Both the position numbers and the translations under genes were made by a program. Shown here piece after piece: positions 62,110 to 64,000 of a stretch of 64,000 bases of DNA. The notes under the pieces are model-generated. The model was not told the origin of the DNA. It saw only the letters and a list, made by a program, of their open reading frames with translations, and made no database searches. Location of the stretch: assembly GCA_032718475.1 (NCBI GenBank), contig JAUCBJ010007452.1:1-64000 (forward strand), read 5' to 3'. The stretch's first letter is position 1, and each line of letters begins with the position of its first letter. The stretch comes from Nemertoderma westbladi (lineage: Eukaryota; Animalia; Xenacoelomorpha).

Positions 62110-64000
62110 TAGGGACTACCCTACAGCCTACAAATCTACCAATACGAAGCTATAGAATATCTCTATCCGTAAAGTCCAGTAGCATACCGCTTACCAGATC
62201 CTAGTAACGATGTATCTTACTATGAGACTCTAGTAATGAAACGGGCTCGTACAGTATCTGACAACAAATCCCAGTCCAGGATATCTAAACAAACAGATAC
62301 AATACACAAACTACTACTGGCGAGGAGCAGAGCCTGGCGTCTATTCTATGTACGTGGGCGGGTCTAATGCCTACGTACTAGACAAAAGGATACCTGTCCT
62401 CTAACCGGTATGGCAGATGTACAGTTACAGTAACAGACCAAACTCACGGGAAAACAATCCCCGCGCAGCGAATCCTAACTATCGCTGACAGTCCTAAATA
62501 CAGTAACTTGCCGCGGTGTGATTTATATGGTTTATATACGAGCTAAGTGGGTTACAGACCTAGCGTTACAATACTGATCTCAGTCCTTAATCAGTCTAAA
62601 GGGGGTCGTGCCTAATGTAACAATACTGTTGAGCAGAAAACAACAGTTTAATAACGAAAATGAAATACTCCTTCTCATGCCGTAACTAAATATCTGATCC
62701 TAATTTTACAAATACCGAAAGTACGATAAATATACCTTGCCTAAAGTGATCTAAAGTACGCTATAACTAGTAGGAACTCTAAGGGTAAATATGTTTTAGG
62801 GCGTGTGTGTGTGGGTGTGTTACAATAAAACAATTTTGGTGTATATCTTTTCACTAGGTTTTAGTGATTTTCTGACCGAAATGATACCGTGCGCTAGCTA
62901 CTAAAATGAACTAGTCGCGTTTTGTAGAACTTTATACTCACAAATGACGTCAAAGCTCTCTCCTTCCTATCCACAACTCAAGGGGCAACCACGGTGTTAG
63001 TAACTACACCCGTGATCGGCACTAATACCAGATTCTGGTTGTAAGATAAGAAATAGGGGTTAGTCGCTACCGTACGTTAGCTGATCTGGTATACAAATTT
63101 GATTCTAGAACTTTGTTGCCGCGGTAGTTAGCAGCAATACCTATCAGTACGTGGCAAGGCGCGGTAGGATATTAATAAAAACCTCCCTAGGCCAAGCGAT
63201 GTGCCGGTAGCAGAAATACTCCTTGCCTGATCAAATAACTAACTTCAGGCAGGGGGGGGGGGGGGTACTAATGTATGTTCTACAGAGCGAACCGGTACCA
63301 AACAGTCAGTACTACAAATCACTAAATTATGGAACATATGCTGTCCGTACCTAATATGTACTTGCGTACTGACGAACGGCAATAGCTCGCAATACCTGTG
63401 AGGTATACAGGTAACCCGGGGATTTGCAGGACTGACAAAGGGGTTTCTGCCTAAATATAATTATTTGATCCTAAATTTTGCGGCGTCCAGGACGGCGTCA
63501 CGCTTACCCTGATCTATAGGTCTTACGGCGGGCAAGGGCGTCGAACAAAGTCTTACCTTCCTCATAAAGCGGGCGCTGCATGGCAAGTGGAGTATTTCGA
63601 AGGGCGAAGGGGGTGTGCGGTCAAATCCAATGTGGGCGCTAGCGTGTTGTGGACATCTTTCCCCTGCGTTGCTGACGGCCTAACGGTCTAGGCTGCCATC
63701 TTCCCGATGTTTGGCTGTCCCAAAGTTGGACCAAAAGAAAACATGTTCAGGAGTTTGCAGTGTATTTACAGTTTAGCAAAAGATTTATCAAACAGAATTA
63801 CAATAGTTTCAACAAGAAACCAACAAAGTATAACGAAATGATTAGTGCAACTAGTGCAGCAAGTAAGCAAGTAGAAGTATGTGTGTGTGATAACCGAAAG
63901 CAAACCAGCCCTTTATATACTAAATCTGGGACATAGAATTCACTAGAACCTTCGAGAGTATTCGATGGCCTCACATTGGAGCAATAAGATATTCCATGCC
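62110..64000 (-). mobile_element. Long LTR-element leader plus probable LTR end (from ~63744), not matching the 53880 LTR
   Basis: On minus: TATATAAAG (63919-63911), a ...CTGAACA end, then TGGTCC 10 nt later, AAGATGGC and a GAAG|GTAAGA donor; non-coding down to the truncated gag. Confidence 0.5.

Larger units (their letters stand above)
53880..62110 (-). mobile_element. BEL/Pao element 3 (3' LTR candidate, exonuclease ORF3, frameshifted pol, 3' end of gag)
   Basis: PR-RT-RH-IN domain order with Pao-type motifs. LINE homology stops exactly at TGTGACG (53880). Confidence 0.88.

Noticed and set aside
63716-63743. TGGTCCAACTTTGGG as a tRNA PBS, or the adjacent 11 nt as a self-priming site
   Set aside because: I cannot match it to a tRNA 3' end from memory, and no complement is visible in the available LTR part; unresolved.

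Overview
Animal (invertebrate-like) nuclear DNA, not prokaryotic: no rRNA, tRNA or CRISPR array seen. The host gene is a 6-exon minus-strand gene (39051-21030, 458 aa by my splice reconstruction) for a secreted protein: signal peptide, hemopexin propeller, Pro/Thr linker, three ShK domains. Its last three exons are duplicated downstream (16701-8408). Two of its introns are largely or entirely tandem repeats built from the gene's own splice junctions (62-bp and 47/50-bp units). Around it lie three minus-strand BEL/Pao LTR retrotransposons. Element 1 runs off the left edge. Element 2 is complete, TSD-flanked and lacks RT/IN (41671-53574). Element 3 has a frameshifted pol plus an extra DEDDy 3'-5' exonuclease ORF. 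Elements 2 and 3 both sit inside one LINE endonuclease fragment. There are also Gypsy gag remnants and several small non-autonomous elements. The most striking observation is that elements 1 and 2 have no tRNA primer-binding site. Instead, the 11-12 nt next to the 5' LTR are perfectly complementary to a homologous site inside their own LTR, and the two sites co-vary between the elements, suggesting Tf1-like self-priming in a BEL/Pao lineage. All identifications come from reading motifs by eye; no database searches were run.
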